DNA of 63,315 nt, counting the filler, from an uncultured bacterium (GTDB taxonomy: Bacteria; CAZSTA01), in NCBI GenBank assembly GCA_964609495.1. It is 18 parts of 18 records of this genome, joined end to end, with 100 filler letters (N's around TTAATTAATTAA, not from the genome) between each part and the next. Parts side by side here need not be neighbours in the genome. Positions count along the whole stretch, not along the records: positions 60,235 to 63,315 come from CAZSTA010000286.1; 17 more parts are not named here. The stretch is one strand, 5' to 3'. Below the pieces are notes generated by a model. That model did not search any database. It was given only the letters and a program-made list of their open reading frames with translations, and was not told the DNA's origin. Positions 62,798 to 63,315 of this stretch are shown piece by piece. The translations under genes and the position numbers were made by a program. Numbering within the stretch: the stretch's first letter is position 1; every line of letters starts with the position of its first letter.

Positions 62798-63181
62798 GTG
62801 AGTCTTGTGGCTGAGGATGATATTAACGAAACTGAGAGATCTCGTCCTGAAGGGGCTACTCTGGTAATGGTGACTAGATTACCCTTCAGAGGGGAAGAGA
62901 TAAGGATTTATATGATCGACTACTGGCTCGTTGTGGTCTGTCTGGCTGAGTTCGATAGAAATTGGCGGAGTATGATTGAGTATATCGAGGCTAACAGGGA
63001 TAAGATCCCAGATGCGGAGAGGAAACTGAGGAGAGCCGAGTATCTTTCGGGGATATTTCGGACTATTGATGATATGCGGAATTTGTTTGAGGTTACGGAG
63101 GAGCCAACAGAGGATACTTGCGATGAGGCGATGGATTCCTTTTTGAAGCAGGAGATCGCTTATGTAGATGAGCTTGGATAA
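62798..63181 (+). CDS. Hypothetical protein
   Basis: Open frame after thyX; GTG start after GAGG. Confidence 0.6.
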   Translation: MSLVAEDDINETERSRPEGATLVMVTRLPFRGEEIRIYMIDYWLVVVCLAEFDRNWRSMIEYIEANRDKIPDAERKLRRAEYLSGIFRTIDDMRNLFEVTEEPTEDTCDEAMDSFLKQEIAYVDELG

Positions 63182-63210
63182 GCTTCTCCCATAGGTAGTT
63201 TCAAATATTC

Positions 63211-63315
63211 GCTAGTGAGTTCAAGATATAGTTCCCCCTCACCCTCCTCCTAACCCCCTCCCATCGAGGGGGGAGCTAAAGGACTTTAGTTCAATCTCAG
63301 TGTTCCCTCTCCCCT
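63211..63315. repeat. Composite family A repeat, cut by window end
   Basis: TAGTGAGTTCAAGAT..CCCCCTCACCCTCC..CCCTCCCATCGAGGGGGG..GTTCAATCTCAGTGTTCCCTCTCCCCT. Confidence 0.88.

Overview
The window is not one locus. It holds 18 draft-assembly contigs of about 3.1-3.8 kb, joined by artificial 100-nt linkers (N44-TTAATTAATTAA-N44). Contig lengths fall steadily (3669, 3636, 3619 ... 3096 bp), so they are size-sorted and adjacency across a linker carries no biological meaning. The organism looks like an uncultured bacterium, probably diderm (TamB-like gene) with Firmicutes-like gene sets; its taxonomy cannot be fixed here. Most content is housekeeping or metabolic: dprA, nadK, recN, rnpB, pta, tatA, ftsEX, ybeY, rsmI, xylB, pyrG, thyX, ABC and two-component genes. 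The notable items are: (1) a 3.6-kb tRNA-Asn contig with three IS200/IS605-superfamily elements, namely a broken tnpB, an ORF-less standalone omegaRNA/HEARO element, and an iscB inserted into a winged-helix gene; (2) a decayed type I-D CRISPR-Cas locus in which half a cas4 is joined, through a leader-like segment, to a truncated HNH restriction gene; (3) a solitary 37-bp CRISPR-like repeat inside a terminator on another contig; (4) a 51-bp (17-codon) palindromic mini-element that sits twice, nested and in frame, inside ybeY and also inside another repeat; (5) an abundant REP/BIME-like repeat carrying a G-quadruplex motif; (6) a STAND-NTPase/TPR protein with variable 120-bp repeats.
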